A stretch of DNA of 32,000 nucleotides from Pyrobaculum aerophilum str. IM2 (GTDB taxonomy: Archaea > Thermoproteota > Thermoprotei > Thermoproteales > Thermoproteaceae): assembly GCF_000007225.1 (NCBI RefSeq), contig NC_003364.1, forward strand, positions 570,001 through 602,000, read 5' to 3'. The notes under the pieces were generated by a model that made no database searches, was not told the origin of the DNA, and saw only the letters and a list, made by a program, of their open reading frames with translations. Numbering within the stretch: position 1 is the stretch's first letter; the number at the start of each line of letters is the position of its first letter. Both the position numbers and the translations under genes were made by a program. Positions 1-9,576 of this stretch are shown one piece after another.

Positions 1-925
1 CGAGGGCCTCCTCTACTTCTTCAATCCACCTCCTCGCCTCTGGCGGCAAATCGGCCCACTTTGTCTTGCCCGAGGCGTCTTTGAACAACACATCGATTTT
101 AGTAATTGCAATTTGAGTAGGCGTATTTAACAAGACGGCCCTCTTGGCGAGCTCCATATTAAACGGCGCGGCCCTCCTGGGCCTCCCAGTTACAGCTCCG
201 CGCTCGGCCCAGCCCCTCCTCTCCGCTTCCTCTGGTGAGAGCTCGCCGGGCAGGGGGCCGTTGCCCACTCTAGTCACATAGGCCTTGAATACTAACACCA
301 CGTGATCAACCGCCTTGGGGCCGACGCCGGCCTCGCTCAAAACGCCGCTGGCCGTTACGTCTCTGCTTGTGACATAGGGGTAAGTGCCGTGGTAAAGAGA
401 GAGGAAAGTGCCCTGAGTCCCCTCTATTACGACGCCTCCCTCTCTGTGCTCGTGTATCATGGCGGGGACGTCTGCCAGATACGGCTTGAGCTCTTCGAAC
501 TCTCTGGCCAGTCTAAGCCGCCTCAATACTCTGTCGACCATGGCTGCGCCGACGCCCTGCCCCGTGGAGCCGACAGTCTTCATTAAGAACTCGTCTCTCC
601 TCTCCCTCTCTAAGTGTACGTCTTCTATCACACCTGTGTTGTAGTCCACATAGCTACGCCCTTTGCCAAACTGCTTGACTTCTGAGAGGAAGACGTCTAT
701 TTTAATCAAAGCGCCGGGGGCCACTGCCAGTTTAGAGCCGGGGTTTACAAAGCACGTGGGCAGTGAGCGCAATACTGTAACCTCCCCATTCCAGACGACG
801 GTATGTCCAGCGTTGGGAGCCCCCGTCCTCACACACAGCTCCGGCTTATCCGCCATTGCGAGATACGCCGTGATTTTCCCCTTACCCGTGTCGCCGAAAA
901 ACCCGTCTACAACAACATAGAGCAT
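1..925 (-). CDS. purA: adenylosuccinate synthetase (N-terminal ~308 codons; the gene runs off the left edge)
   Basis: Absent from the ORF track because no stop lies in the window. My reverse-strand translation from the ATG at 925 reads MLYVVVDGFFGDTGKGKITAYL...GSTGQGVG...EGTQG...VTRVGNGP. These match the GDxGKGK P-loop and other AdSS motifs. A TATA-like TTAAAAG lies about 25 nt upstream. Confidence 0.85.
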   Translation of the reverse strand, partial: MLYVVVDGFFGDTGKGKITAYLAMADKPELCVRTGAPNAGHTVVWNGEVTVLRSLPTCFVNPGSKLAVAPGALIKIDVFLSEVKQFGKGRSYVDYNTGVIEDVHLERERRDEFLMKTVGSTGQGVGAAMVDRVLRRLRLAREFEELKPYLADVPAMIHEHREGGVVIEGTQGTFLSLYHGTYPYVTSRDVTASGVLSEAGVGPKAVDHVVLVFKAYVTRVGNGPLPGELSPEEAERRGWAERGAVTGRPRRAAPFNMELAKRAVLLNTPTQIAITKIDVLFKDASGKTKWADLPPEARRWIEEVEEAL

Positions 926-1031
926 AAGACGGAACGGGCCAGCTCTTTTAAGCTATTTTCCCGAACTTCACGCGGCTCCCCTTGCCTTGCTAAGGCTAGG
1001 TGTAAAAATAGAAGGTTATGTTCTACTGAGG

Positions 1032-1304
1032 ATGTCCAGCGCAAGTCCCTCGGTGTATGATCTCATAATTCTGCTGTTAGAAAGCGCAGGAGGTAGGCTG
1101 AGCAAGTCAAAAATTCAGAGAGGTCTCCACATTCTGTCCAGACTTTCTGAAGCGTTGGAATTTAAGCCGTATAGATACGGCCCCTGGTCTCCCCAGCTGG
1201 GAGATGAAATAAACAGACTGGTGACAATGGGAGCGGTGCGCGTGGAGAAAACGAAGTGGAGCTCGCCGACAGCGAGGCGGCGGGCCATGCCAGGACTAAA
1301 GTAG
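1032..1304 (+). CDS. hypothetical small protein, winged-helix / Panacea(DUF4065)-like by eye; possibly the 5' half of a frameshifted gene that continues in 1256..1609
   Basis: ATG at 1032, in frame with track ORF 987..1304. TAAAAATA is centred at 1006, which is 25 nt upstream, so the transcript is leaderless. The core KIQRGLHILSRL...FKPYRYGPWSPQLGDEINRLVTMGAV looks protein-like. The last ~15 codons (WSSPTARRRAMPGLK) look non-native. Confidence 0.45.
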   Translation: MSSASPSVYDLIILLLESAGGRLSKSKIQRGLHILSRLSEALEFKPYRYGPWSPQLGDEINRLVTMGAVRVEKTKWSSPTARRRAMPGLK

Positions 1305-1609
1305 GCGGCCAGGAGCTGGAGCTGGTCAGAGAAGTCGGGGAGTTGCTCAAACTGGCCACCGACGACAAGCTTTTGCTCTATACTTATGCGCTGTACGGCG
1401 GTGACGAAAAGTCTGATGTAAAGAACAGCATCTATAGACGGCGCATTGACTTAGCGATTTCGTTATTGCAGAAAGGAGCGGTGTCCTTCACGCTGGCCGC
1501 CCGCCTCGCGGGCTTGTCGCCGTTTGAGCTCATGGAGGAGCTGAAGAAAAGGGGGGTAAAGCCCTTTGTGGCAGAAAGAGAGGATCTCGACGTCATTAAC
1601 TACCGGTGA
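1256..1609 (+). CDS. UPF0175 / COG2886-type HTH antitoxin-like protein (start uncertain: GTG 1256 or TTG 1343)
   Basis: The C-terminal AISLLQKGAVSFTLAARLAGLSPFELMEELKKRGVKP matches the UPF0175 HTH signature. Its stop TGA (1607-1609) overlaps the GTG (1606) of the downstream PIN-like ORF. Confidence 0.6.
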   Translation: MELADSEAAGHARTKVGGQELELVREVGELLKLATDDKLLLYTYALYGGDEKSDVKNSIYRRRIDLAISLLQKGAVSFTLAARLAGLSPFELMEELKKRGVKPFVAEREDLDVINYR

Positions 1610-2147
1610 GACTTGTGGTGGACTCCTCTACGCTTGTTGCTAAATGCAAAGGCCTTATACCTCCTCGAGGGGCTTGCACAACGCGGCGTGGAGATAATTA
1701 TTCCGAGCGCAGTCCGCCAAGAGTTAGCCGGGGCTGGGCGCAATATCCACAACCCGAATTTCACCGTAGTTTCGCCCACATCGCCAACATCCGACGCGAG
1801 TTTGGGCCCCGGGGAGGCAGAGGCTATAGCCTTTGCCTAGAGCATGGGCCGGAGAGCGCCTTATTAGTCACCGAAGACAAGGCGGCTGGGAAAAAGGCCT
1901 GGAGGCTCGGAAAAAGTCCGCCGTGACGTTGGGACTTATCGTACTGGCGGCTAAACACGGCGTAGTCACCACAGATGAGGCGCTGAAACTTATCAAAAAG
2001 TATATTTGGATGACTGACGACGTGGAGAAAGAGGCTATTGAGAAGTTAGGCGGAGGGATCCCTAGCACATGGCGCTCGGCAATTTGTGAGTGCGCGTTTT
2101 TAAGAGGGACGGAAATCGCCCTAGCCCTAACCCCTGTCCGCCCCTAA
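1606..2147 (+). pseudogene. DUF3368 / COG2405 PIN-like toxin gene disrupted by at least three frameshifts
   Basis: Homologous segments are spread over all three plus-strand frames. RLVVDSSTLV is in frame 1, and LNAKALYLLEGLAQRGVEIIIPSAVRQEL...GEAEAIAFA* is in frame 2. LEHGPESALLVTEDKAAGKKAWRLGK is in frame 1, and SAVTLGLIVLAAKHGVVTTDEALKLIKKY is in frame 3. Frame switches fall near 1635-1645, 1830-1842 and the A5 run at 1911-1915. Confidence 0.65.
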
Positions 2148-2221
2148 GCTGATGAAAACGGGCCCAAGGGGCTTCGTGCGAGTTGCTGTGAAACCATATA
2201 TACATTGGTAATGGTAGATGC

Positions 2222-2707
2222 GTGGTTGGATATCTTGACTATAAGTCCAGACCCAGGGAGTATATAGTGGCTAGGTTTAATGAGGCAGCGGCTGAGGCTA
2301 ATCTGGCTGAGGAGATGTTGAGACGAGAGCTTTATCAAAACGCGGCGAATAAGGCCTTTATGGCGTTGAAGGCTTTGACAAGCGCCATAGTGGCGTCTGA
2401 GCTTTGCAATTTAAAGAGGGACGAGAAGAGGCGGGAGTGGTATGAAAAAGTCGGCTACGCCGCGCCTACGACGGGCCTTATTAAAATAGCTAAAGACTTA
2501 GAGGCCTTAGGTTACAAGGGGATTGAGGCGGCTGTGAAGACGGCGTTGTTACTCCACCGCCTCGCCTACAACGGCTTTGATCCCAATTTTGTCGACTATT
2601 TAGACACAGACGAAGTTGTATCCGACATAAAACAAGTCCTGGACTTCGTAAAAACCACAATACAAACGCTCTCCGTGCAAGTGCCTACGCGCATACAGCA
2701 GTGCTGA
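2222..2707 (+). CDS. PaREP1-family protein (Pyrobaculum repetitive protein family)
   Basis: The motifs NAANKAFMALKALTSAI and LLLHRLAYNGFDP resemble the PaREP1 hallmarks NAAGKAxQAWKAL and LHxxxYNGPD. The start is a GTG, with CATATATAC centred about 2199, 24 nt upstream. Confidence 0.75.
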   Translation: MVGYLDYKSRPREYIVARFNEAAAEANLAEEMLRRELYQNAANKAFMALKALTSAIVASELCNLKRDEKRREWYEKVGYAAPTTGLIKIAKDLEALGYKGIEAAVKTALLLHRLAYNGFDPNFVDYLDTDEVVSDIKQVLDFVKTTIQTLSVQVPTRIQQC

Positions 2708-2962
2708 ACAGCCCTCAAGCCAAGTAGTAGAGCCCCCTGCGCATTTCCAGAGGCAGAGCTAGGTATCTGGGGCTAGTAGCAAACCTCACCTCTGACCTCT
2801 GGAACTGTGTTAAGCTCTGAGAGCGGGAGCGGTGTTTGACAATGGGGAGTTGTGGAAAATTCTCCATATCGGCCTTAAGGGCTGTCAAGCCCCCACGCCC
2901 CTCTCTACTTGTTGGAAATTATACTAAAACACTATATATACTGGAAACATCCTCAATATAAG

Positions 2963-4408
2963 GTGGTCACGCAGTACCTCTCCCGCCTCAGGACTCTAGA
3001 CAGGTACGTAGGCGATTACGACGTTGTAATAGTGGGGGCGGGCCCCGCGGGATTATTCGCCGCGCTTGAACTGGCCGAGGCGGGCGGGCTGAAAATAGCG
3101 TTAATAGACGGCGGGTATAGGGCGTCGCAGAGGCACTGCCCCCTTCAGACCCCCTTGGAGAAGTGTACATACTGCGTGCCGTGCCACATAATGTACGGCA
3201 TAGGCGGCGCCGGGACTCTCAGCTCGGGGCTTATTAACTTAAGGCCTGACGTCGGCGGTGATTTACACGAGCTAGTGGGCGACTGGGACAAGGCCATGGA
3301 GCTCATAAACTACATAGACTCTATATTTGTTAAATTCGGCGCGCCTGAACACGTATATGAGCCGAACATGGAGGCTATTAACAAGCTTTCGGCCCTCGCC
3401 GCCAGGGTGAACGCCAGGATTGTGCCAATAAGGCAGAGGCATATGGGCACAGACGGGAGCAGAAAAGTGGTGGAGGCCATGACGCAGTATTTAGAGGGCG
3501 CAGGGGTGGCGGTCATGTACGCCACGTGGGCCTTGGAGGTAGAGAGGGGAGAAAACGGGACGTTCACTGTGAAGACAACTCGCGGAGTATTAAACGCCAG
3601 GGCCGTCCTCCTCGCCCCGGGGAGGGGAGGGGCTGAGTGGCTTGTGTCCCAGCTTAAAAAACTGGGCGCCAGCCTGGACTTCGGCCCGGTGGATATAGGA
3701 GTGCGCGTTGAAGTGCCCTACCACGTAATGCGGCCGCTCACAGACGCAGTACACGACCCGAAGGTAATACTCTACACGTCAAAATACGACGACAAAGTGA
3801 GGACGTTTTGCACAAACCCCCGCGGCTTTGTGGTAAAAGAGGTATACTCAGACGGCACAATAGGCGTAAACGGCGAGACTTATCTAGAGAAGAAAAGTGA
3901 GAACACGAACTTCGCCTTTTTAGTCACTCTGAGGCTCACAGATCCCATGGAGGACACCATTGAGTTCGGAAAGTCCATTGCCAGACTCGCCACTAAGCTG
4001 GGCGGAGGGAAGCCCCTAATCCAAAGGCTTTACGACTTAGAAAGAGGCCAGAGATCCACTTGGGACCGCATCCGCCGCTCAAGCATATCGCCCACATTAA
4101 AAGACGTCACCCCCGGCGACATCTCCTTGGCCCTCCCCCACCGCATTGTGGAGGACATAATTGAGGGGCTGAAGAAGCTGGACGAACTGGCGCCCGGCGT
4201 GGCGAGTCCCCAGACGCTGATATACGCCCCCGAGATTAAATACTACTCGGCGAGGCCGACTGTAGACGCCCACTTAATGACCACAGTGCCCGGCCTCTTT
4301 GTCGCTGGAGACGGCGCCGGCCTCTCCAGAGGTATAAACGTAGCGGCGGCCACAGGCGTACTGGCGGCGCGGGGCATATTGAAATACCTCAGCTCGGCTG
4401 GGGCGTAG
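2963..4408 (+). CDS. FAD-dependent oxidoreductase, COG2509-like, with a Cys cluster insert
   Basis: It has the Rossmann fingerprint [20 protein letters not shown], a [16 protein letters not shown] four-Cys motif and a C-terminal [10 protein letters not shown]. The track ORF begins at TTG 2909. I prefer the in-frame GTG at 2963 because CTATATATAC (2932-2941) lies about 25 nt upstream. Confidence 0.8.
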   Translation: MVTQYLSRLRTLDRYVGDYDVVIVGAGPAGLFAALELAEAGGLKIALIDGGYRASQRHCPLQTPLEKCTYCVPCHIMYGIGGAGTLSSGLINLRPDVGGDLHELVGDWDKAMELINYIDSIFVKFGAPEHVYEPNMEAINKLSALAARVNARIVPIRQRHMGTDGSRKVVEAMTQYLEGAGVAVMYATWALEVERGENGTFTVKTTRGVLNARAVLLAPGRGGAEWLVSQLKKLGASLDFGPVDIGVRVEVPYHVMRPLTDAVHDPKVILYTSKYDDKVRTFCTNPRGFVVKEVYSDGTIGVNGETYLEKKSENTNFAFLVTLRLTDPMEDTIEFGKSIARLATKLGGGKPLIQRLYDLERGQRSTWDRIRRSSISPTLKDVTPGDISLALPHRIVEDIIEGLKKLDELAPGVASPQTLIYAPEIKYYSARPTVDAHLMTTVPGLFVAGDGAGLSRGINVAAATGVLAARGILKYLSSAGA

Positions 4409-4946
4409 GCCTAGCCCCCCTCCTCACCAGATAGCAGAAAGTGATATAATAGCCTATAAATAAAATTAAATAACGTATATAGTTAGCGGCAGTTCTTTCA
4501 GGGCTATCACCGTACGTGAATATGTAAACATCGGCGAGGACGTTGTAAGGCCAAGCTATTCCAAAGGCAGTGAGATTCGCGCCCACCAACCCGCCGAGCG
4601 CCTTCAAGACGCCCTTAAAACCCCCCACTGAATACGCCAGCCAGAAAGGCCTCACGATAAAATACCAAAACGCCGCAGGTAGCGCGGGAAACACAGCGAG
4701 TAGGGCAACCTCCGGCGTGCCAAAACTAGCCGCGTATAGAAAACCCCCGGCCAGAAGAGCAAAGCGGGGCGGCGGCCTAGATAGGCAAATATCAATAACC
4801 CACATCAACACAATGATATAAACACCCCACACCCTCAAGACAAAATGCACGCCGTGAGGAGGTGGAAATACCCCTATTAAGAGCAGGAGTACAAAACCGA
4901 TGAAAAAAGCAAGTATTATTTGAACTCTACGAAAAAGCCGCTCCAT
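4389..4946 (-). CDS. small polytopic membrane protein (185 aa), partner of the 795-aa surface protein (module A)
   Basis: Hydrophobic segments run throughout. The N-terminus MERLFRR and the C-terminal FIGYYI motif are shared with the 16648..17178 ORF. Its start overlaps the 3' end of the upstream gene by 31 nt. Confidence 0.6.
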   Translation of the reverse strand: MERLFRRVQIILAFFIGFVLLLLIGVFPPPHGVHFVLRVWGVYIIVLMWVIDICLSRPPPRFALLAGGFLYAASFGTPEVALLAVFPALPAAFWYFIVRPFWLAYSVGGFKGVLKALGGLVGANLTAFGIAWPYNVLADVYIFTYGDSPERTAANYIRYLILFIGYYITFCYLVRRGARPTPQPS

Positions 4947-7303
4947 GCCATTGCGTACGGCTCCTCAGGCCCATTAAAAATCCTGTACGCATCATCATGG
5001 TGCACTCTTAAGAACGTCAAATAGTAATAATACCCGGCCAGGTTTATGTCCACGTAGGTGCTGTAAGTCGCCTCGTGGTACATTATCCTCTCTGTAAGGG
5101 CAACTCCTCTAGTCTGCGGGGTGCCTACTCCACCAATGTAGATATGTGCAAAATCAATTTTCCCATAAGTGCCGGCGTTGTAGCCAGATGAAACGTAATA
5201 CGAAGAGGGAGAACACGTATACTCTTGTGGCGTTTGAACCGTTTTCAAGAGGCTGTCTATACCCCACACAGCTAGTGATCCAGCCACTATTAACGGGTTG
5301 GTATAAAATAGTGATATAAACGTCAAAATAGTACCGACTATATAAACAGCAGCATTTGTGGCAGAAACCAGCCAATTGATATCATATTTATAGGGATCTT
5401 GAATGTATATATCCATAGTTATTGGGCTTCCTACGTAGTTCACATTAGCACTGCCCACTACGGCCACGCAGACTTTTCTCAGTTCTACATTATTTCCCCA
5501 CTTAAGATAAGAGTACGTCAAGCGTCCATTGGGTGTAGTATATTCATAGCCCACAAACATCTGGGATGTGAGTCTGATGTCTGCATAGGCCAGTCTGGAT
5601 CGTAGGGTTATGGGGTCAACCGTCTCGTTGTATCTTGTGCTGGATAACCACACGGTGTACATGAAGATATCCCTTACGTGGCTGCCTCTGGAGACAGGAA
5701 CATCTGGAAAGACTGCTCTGCCACTTATCCAAGTCCTTGAGTTTTCGCGCCAGATCTCCGGCCATCTGTATCCCCAAAGGGATACTCTGAGGTTCTTTAA
5801 TTCGGCGGGAGTCCGTCCGCGAGTCACCGGGGGGTCGAAGACTAAATACAGCGGTAAGTAAGTAGTCGCGTTTGCGGCGTACCACCACTTGGCGGCGTCC
5901 TCAAGACGCACCCAGGCATAGGTACCGAAAGGACCATTGTCAAAAACGAACTCCCTACACCCGTCAAATGTGCCTACATACCGGCTTGATGTGAGCGTTG
6001 TGACTACTCTAGAACCGAGGATTACGGTGACGCTCTGGGTGTTGGTGTTTGTACATGTCTTCACCTTGAAGTTAGAAATCCACAGCCACGCATCCGCCGA
6101 GGCGCCTGGCGCAATACGCGCCACGAAGACGACGCTCTTTATAGGCTTAGAATAATCAAGTACTACCCCAAGCCAGCCGCCTGGCTGTACGAGATCCCAC
6201 CGCCAGTTAGCCCTGAGAAGCCCGTAGGCGCTGAGGGGATCCGCCGGCCTTCTGTATACAACCGTTATAGATATGTTGAGCGGCCTACCTGTTGAGAGGA
6301 TGTCAGTATACACCTCTATATAATAATTACTATATTGCGACACGTCAAATACATAGATCTTCCTGTATACATTTTCAAACCTGTACTCTAGCGGTGATTG
6401 ATACAGCCATACTGAGTTGGGTAGTTGCCCAGGCTGTGTGTAGTACCGCACATTTAGCCAAGCGTAAGGCCCAGGCTCGGGATCGCCCCGGCGCCAGGCG
6501 ACATGTACATATACCCTCTGCACGCCGTAACCTAAATACGCGTAGTGACTTTTCCAATCATCTTTACCGTAGAAAGTGTATTTTTTGCCGTCGAAGCCGT
6601 TTGCTATCCAGAAACGCGCCGCCGTAGACGCTGTATATATCTTAGAGTCAACTACATTCGCATGCACCAGCGGGGCGAAGAGGTAGCTCCCGTAGGCGTT
6701 AACAGTGGTGGAATTAGAGGCGTAATCCGTCGTGCCCGCCTCTCCGTTTGCCCGCGCGGGGGCCTTTTCTGGCTCTTTGAGCGGCTGGCGCCTTGGGGGT
6801 TGGTTTTTAGGCTCTCTTATATCCAGCGGCTTGTTCCCTATGTACAACTTCCCGTTTCTCTCCTCAGCAAATACCCAGAGCTCTAATCTCCCCGCAGTTT
6901 TTATGGCCTTACCTCTCGGCGTATTTATTATCTGAGACTCGCCCAGCTCTGTGGCGTTTCTGGGGAGGATTAGTCTCACTTTGCCGAGACCCTCCACTTC
7001 TAAATCAAAGGCTCTTGGGTGCCCTCTGGCGAAATTATTAAATGCTTTTCTGGGAACCGCGACGTATCTGCCGACGGGCACCGGCACAGTTATGTTAACC
7101 CCCTCCTCTGCGAAGTACGCCGTCTGGTTTACATAAATTTCAACTATAGGCACGGGCTCGATTTCCCTCCCTATTACAACGTAGGGGAATACATCCTCTT
7201 CCAGATCTACTTTTAGAAATACCACGTCCTCAATTCCGTAAGCCCACGCGTATATGACTAACAACACTGCGCCAAGCGCTATTAACGGGAGTTTAGGCAA
7301 CAT
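4916..7303 (-). CDS. large secreted/membrane-anchored surface protein, 795 aa, unknown family (module A)
   Basis: The long ORF has an N-terminal hydrophobic anchor (MLPKLPLIALGAVLLVIYAWAYG) and 7 N-x-S/T sequons. A Pro/charged linker (REPKNQPPRRQPLKEPEKAPARA) is present, along with a Tyr/Trp/Asn-rich body and hydrophobic helices near aa 655-700. TTAAAAAT lies about 24 nt upstream of the ATG. Confidence 0.75.
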   Translation of the reverse strand: MLPKLPLIALGAVLLVIYAWAYGIEDVVFLKVDLEEDVFPYVVIGREIEPVPIVEIYVNQTAYFAEEGVNITVPVPVGRYVAVPRKAFNNFARGHPRAFDLEVEGLGKVRLILPRNATELGESQIINTPRGKAIKTAGRLELWVFAEERNGKLYIGNKPLDIREPKNQPPRRQPLKEPEKAPARANGEAGTTDYASNSTTVNAYGSYLFAPLVHANVVDSKIYTASTAARFWIANGFDGKKYTFYGKDDWKSHYAYLGYGVQRVYVHVAWRRGDPEPGPYAWLNVRYYTQPGQLPNSVWLYQSPLEYRFENVYRKIYVFDVSQYSNYYIEVYTDILSTGRPLNISITVVYRRPADPLSAYGLLRANWRWDLVQPGGWLGVVLDYSKPIKSVVFVARIAPGASADAWLWISNFKVKTCTNTNTQSVTVILGSRVVTTLTSSRYVGTFDGCREFVFDNGPFGTYAWVRLEDAAKWWYAANATTYLPLYLVFDPPVTRGRTPAELKNLRVSLWGYRWPEIWRENSRTWISGRAVFPDVPVSRGSHVRDIFMYTVWLSSTRYNETVDPITLRSRLAYADIRLTSQMFVGYEYTTPNGRLTYSYLKWGNNVELRKVCVAVVGSANVNYVGSPITMDIYIQDPYKYDINWLVSATNAAVYIVGTILTFISLFYTNPLIVAGSLAVWGIDSLLKTVQTPQEYTCSPSSYYVSSGYNAGTYGKIDFAHIYIGGVGTPQTRGVALTERIMYHEATYSTYVDINLAGYYYYLTFLRVHHDDAYRIFNGPEEPYAMAWSGFFVEFK

Positions 7304-7373
7304 GCAAAAAAAACTGGTAATTTTTAAGTTTTACTTCAGTAAAGCCGTTAGCTGGAGTTCTGGCCGCTGTAAC

Positions 7374-7658
7374 CTACTTCATTCTCCTCTCCAGCTCTTT
7401 GCACACATCGCCTAGAGACAAGCCGAGGGAGTTTAGAAGGACTAGGAGGTGGTATAATAAGTCCGCCGATTCCTCAACAACTCTCTCCCTCCCCTCCGCC
7501 AGCGCCGCCACGGCCACCTCAACGGCCTCCTCCCCCACTTTACGCGCTATAGTGGAAACGCCCGAGGAATACAGGCGGTAGGTATAACTCTGGGGGTTTC
7601 CTTCGGCAATTCTCTGGCGGATTACGGCCTCCAGCTTTTCAAAAATTTGACAACTCAT
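7374..7658 (-). CDS. hisE: phosphoribosyl-ATP pyrophosphatase
   Basis: The 94-aa sequence SYTYRLYSSGVSTIARKVGEEAVEVAVAA...EESADLLYHLLVLL is the typical HisE/MazG-like signature. Its start overlaps the hisD stop by 4 nt. Confidence 0.85.
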   Translation of the reverse strand: MSCQIFEKLEAVIRQRIAEGNPQSYTYRLYSSGVSTIARKVGEEAVEVAVAALAEGRERVVEESADLLYHLLVLLNSLGLSLGDVCKELERRMK

Positions 7659-8761
7659 CGCAAGGCCTCTCCGTGGTATTTAAAGCCCTCATACTCGGCG
7701 AGTTTTCTAGCGGCCTCCCGCAGCGTTAACTCCCCTACGGCCTCAGCAATTCCAATTGGCTTCATAAAGGCGAGGGGGGTTATCACGCCGCGCCACCTGG
7801 CTGTACCCCCCGTGGGCAACACGTGGCTAATACCGGCGACGTAGTCCAAGTAGGGGCTCGGCATGTTGACAGACACAGCGCCTACGTTTCTCACTCTGTA
7901 GGCAACCTCCCTCCTCCCCCACACTTCTAAATGCTCCGGCGCGATTTCGTCAATAAAGCTAACCGCCTCGTCAATGCCGCCGACTTTTTTAACTTTAAGC
8001 GGGCCCATGGAGGAAGTCCTCTCCCTTACGTACAGCTCCTCCGCCTTTTTTAACAACTCGCCGTCGGGGGACAACAAATAGGCGAAGGAAGTCGGCCCGT
8101 GCTCTAATTGGGCAAGCGCCCCCCGAACGGCCACCTCTGGCGGAACGCCCTCGGCGTATATAACGAGCTCTGTGGGCCCCTCAATGCCGTCAATTCCAAC
8201 GTATTGAGAGAGTATGTACTTCGCCGCCTGTACGTACAGCCCTCCGGGCCCTGCCACTACGTCAACCCCCATGTGGAAAACCGCGTACGCCAGCCCGTGT
8301 GGGCCTCCCAGGGCTAAAACCGCTTTAACTCCCAACTCCTTGGCCACGGCTAGTAGCTCCTCGGACACGCCCCTCGGCGGCGTCACTACGTAAACCTCCT
8401 CCACTCCGGCCAGCCTAGCCGGCACTGCCAGCATTACGAGCGTAGATATATAACGCGCCGGCACGTAAAGAGCCGCCCGCCTCACAGGCTTCCACAAAAT
8501 TTGCCTCAAAATCCCGCCGTAGAAATCCACGGCGGCAGGGGGAGATATCCGGCTGTAGAGGGCCTCCAGGGACTTAGCCGCGGCTAGCGCCGCGGAGACA
8601 ACCTCGGGGTCGCCTCCCTGCCTCGGAGTTACTAAATGAGGCTCGGGCGCCACGCCGTCAAGTCTCTTTGAATACTCCAGCGCCGCTTTTAGCCCGCCGC
8701 TTTGCACGTCGTCGACGATTTTCCACACGGACTCCAACACCTCCCGGGGGAACCCCCTCAT
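7655..8761 (-). CDS. hisD: histidinol dehydrogenase
   Basis: Sits in his-cluster context. The sequence includes [23 protein letters not shown] and IAPEHLEV (cf. the GPGNxYV, GPSE and APEHL motifs). It overlaps hisF by 4 nt. Confidence 0.8.
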   Translation of the reverse strand: MRGFPREVLESVWKIVDDVQSGGLKAALEYSKRLDGVAPEPHLVTPRQGGDPEVVSAALAAAKSLEALYSRISPPAAVDFYGGILRQILWKPVRRAALYVPARYISTLVMLAVPARLAGVEEVYVVTPPRGVSEELLAVAKELGVKAVLALGGPHGLAYAVFHMGVDVVAGPGGLYVQAAKYILSQYVGIDGIEGPTELVIYAEGVPPEVAVRGALAQLEHGPTSFAYLLSPDGELLKKAEELYVRERTSSMGPLKVKKVGGIDEAVSFIDEIAPEHLEVWGRREVAYRVRNVGAVSVNMPSPYLDYVAGISHVLPTGGTARWRGVITPLAFMKPIGIAEAVGELTLREAARKLAEYEGFKYHGEALR

Positions 8762-9519
8762 ATCCTAACCTCAACCCCCCTCTCTTTTAAATAGCGCTTT
8801 ACTTGCGCAATTGACAAAACGCGGAAGTGGAAAAGAGACGCGGCGAGAACTGCGTCGGCGCCCGCGGCTGCTGCCTCGTAAAAATGCTCCACCCGACCCG
8901 CGCCCCCGGACGCGATTACGGGAATTCTCACAGAGTCGGCCACCCGCCTAATAAGCTCCACGTCATATCCCAAGCCCGTCCCGTCTCGGTCAATTGACGT
9001 GAGGAGTATCTCCCCCGCGCCTAGCTCCTCAACTTCCTTCGCCCACTTCACTGCGTCAAGGCCCGTCGCCTCCCTCCCTCCCTTGACGTATACCTCGTAA
9101 TACTCCCCGTTCCACTTTGCGTCTATTGCCACCACGGTTGATTGACTGCCGAACTCTCTCGCCAACAGAGCCACTAGCTGGGGGTTGCGCACGGCAGCTG
9201 TGTTCACAGACACCTTGTCGGCGCCTGCCCTAAACAACGTCGTTGCGTCCTCGAGGCTCCTCACGCCGCCTCCCACTAACACAGGTATGGACACGGCCTC
9301 CGCAACTCTTTTCACAGAGTCTATAAACGTGGCGCGCCCCTCCGGCGCCGCGGTGATGTCTAGAATTGCTATCTCGTCGGCACCCTCCTCTTCATATCTC
9401 ACGGCCATTTCCACCGGATCCCCCACCTCTCTAATCCCCTGGAAATTAACCCCCTTGACCACTACGCCGGCTTTTCCGTCTATGTCGAGACACGGGATTA
9501 TCCTCAAGGCCACGTCCAC
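8758..9519 (-). CDS. hisF: imidazole glycerol phosphate synthase, cyclase subunit
   Basis: [50 protein letters not shown], followed by SGGAG, is a classic HisF barrel signature. The start is GTG 9519 or GTG 9513. Confidence 0.9.
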   Translation of the reverse strand: MDVALRIIPCLDIDGKAGVVVKGVNFQGIREVGDPVEMAVRYEEEGADEIAILDITAAPEGRATFIDSVKRVAEAVSIPVLVGGGVRSLEDATTLFRAGADKVSVNTAAVRNPQLVALLAREFGSQSTVVAIDAKWNGEYYEVYVKGGREATGLDAVKWAKEVEELGAGEILLTSIDRDGTGLGYDVELIRRVADSVRIPVIASGGAGRVEHFYEAAAAGADAVLAASLFHFRVLSIAQVKRYLKERGVEVRI

Positions 9520-9576
9520 AAGTTAAAGCCTATATAAAGACTCTTCACACTTATATATCAGGGGGTTTATCGAAAT
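9520..9576. promoter_or_regulatory. divergent his promoter region with two TATA boxes
   Basis: TATATAAA (9531-9538) lies about 21 nt from the alternative hisF start at 9513. TTATATAT (9551-9558) lies about 22 nt from the hisB ATG at 9577. This spacing fits leaderless transcription in both directions. Confidence 0.5.

Noticed and set aside
302-1060. Four plus-strand track ORFs (302..586, 459..644, 663..920, 803..1060)
   Set aside because: The first three lie antisense to a clearly recognisable purA on the minus strand. The fourth is mostly antisense to purA and runs on into the purA upstream region and the start of the 1032 ORF. Their sequences are low-complexity and Ser/Pro/Thr-rich.
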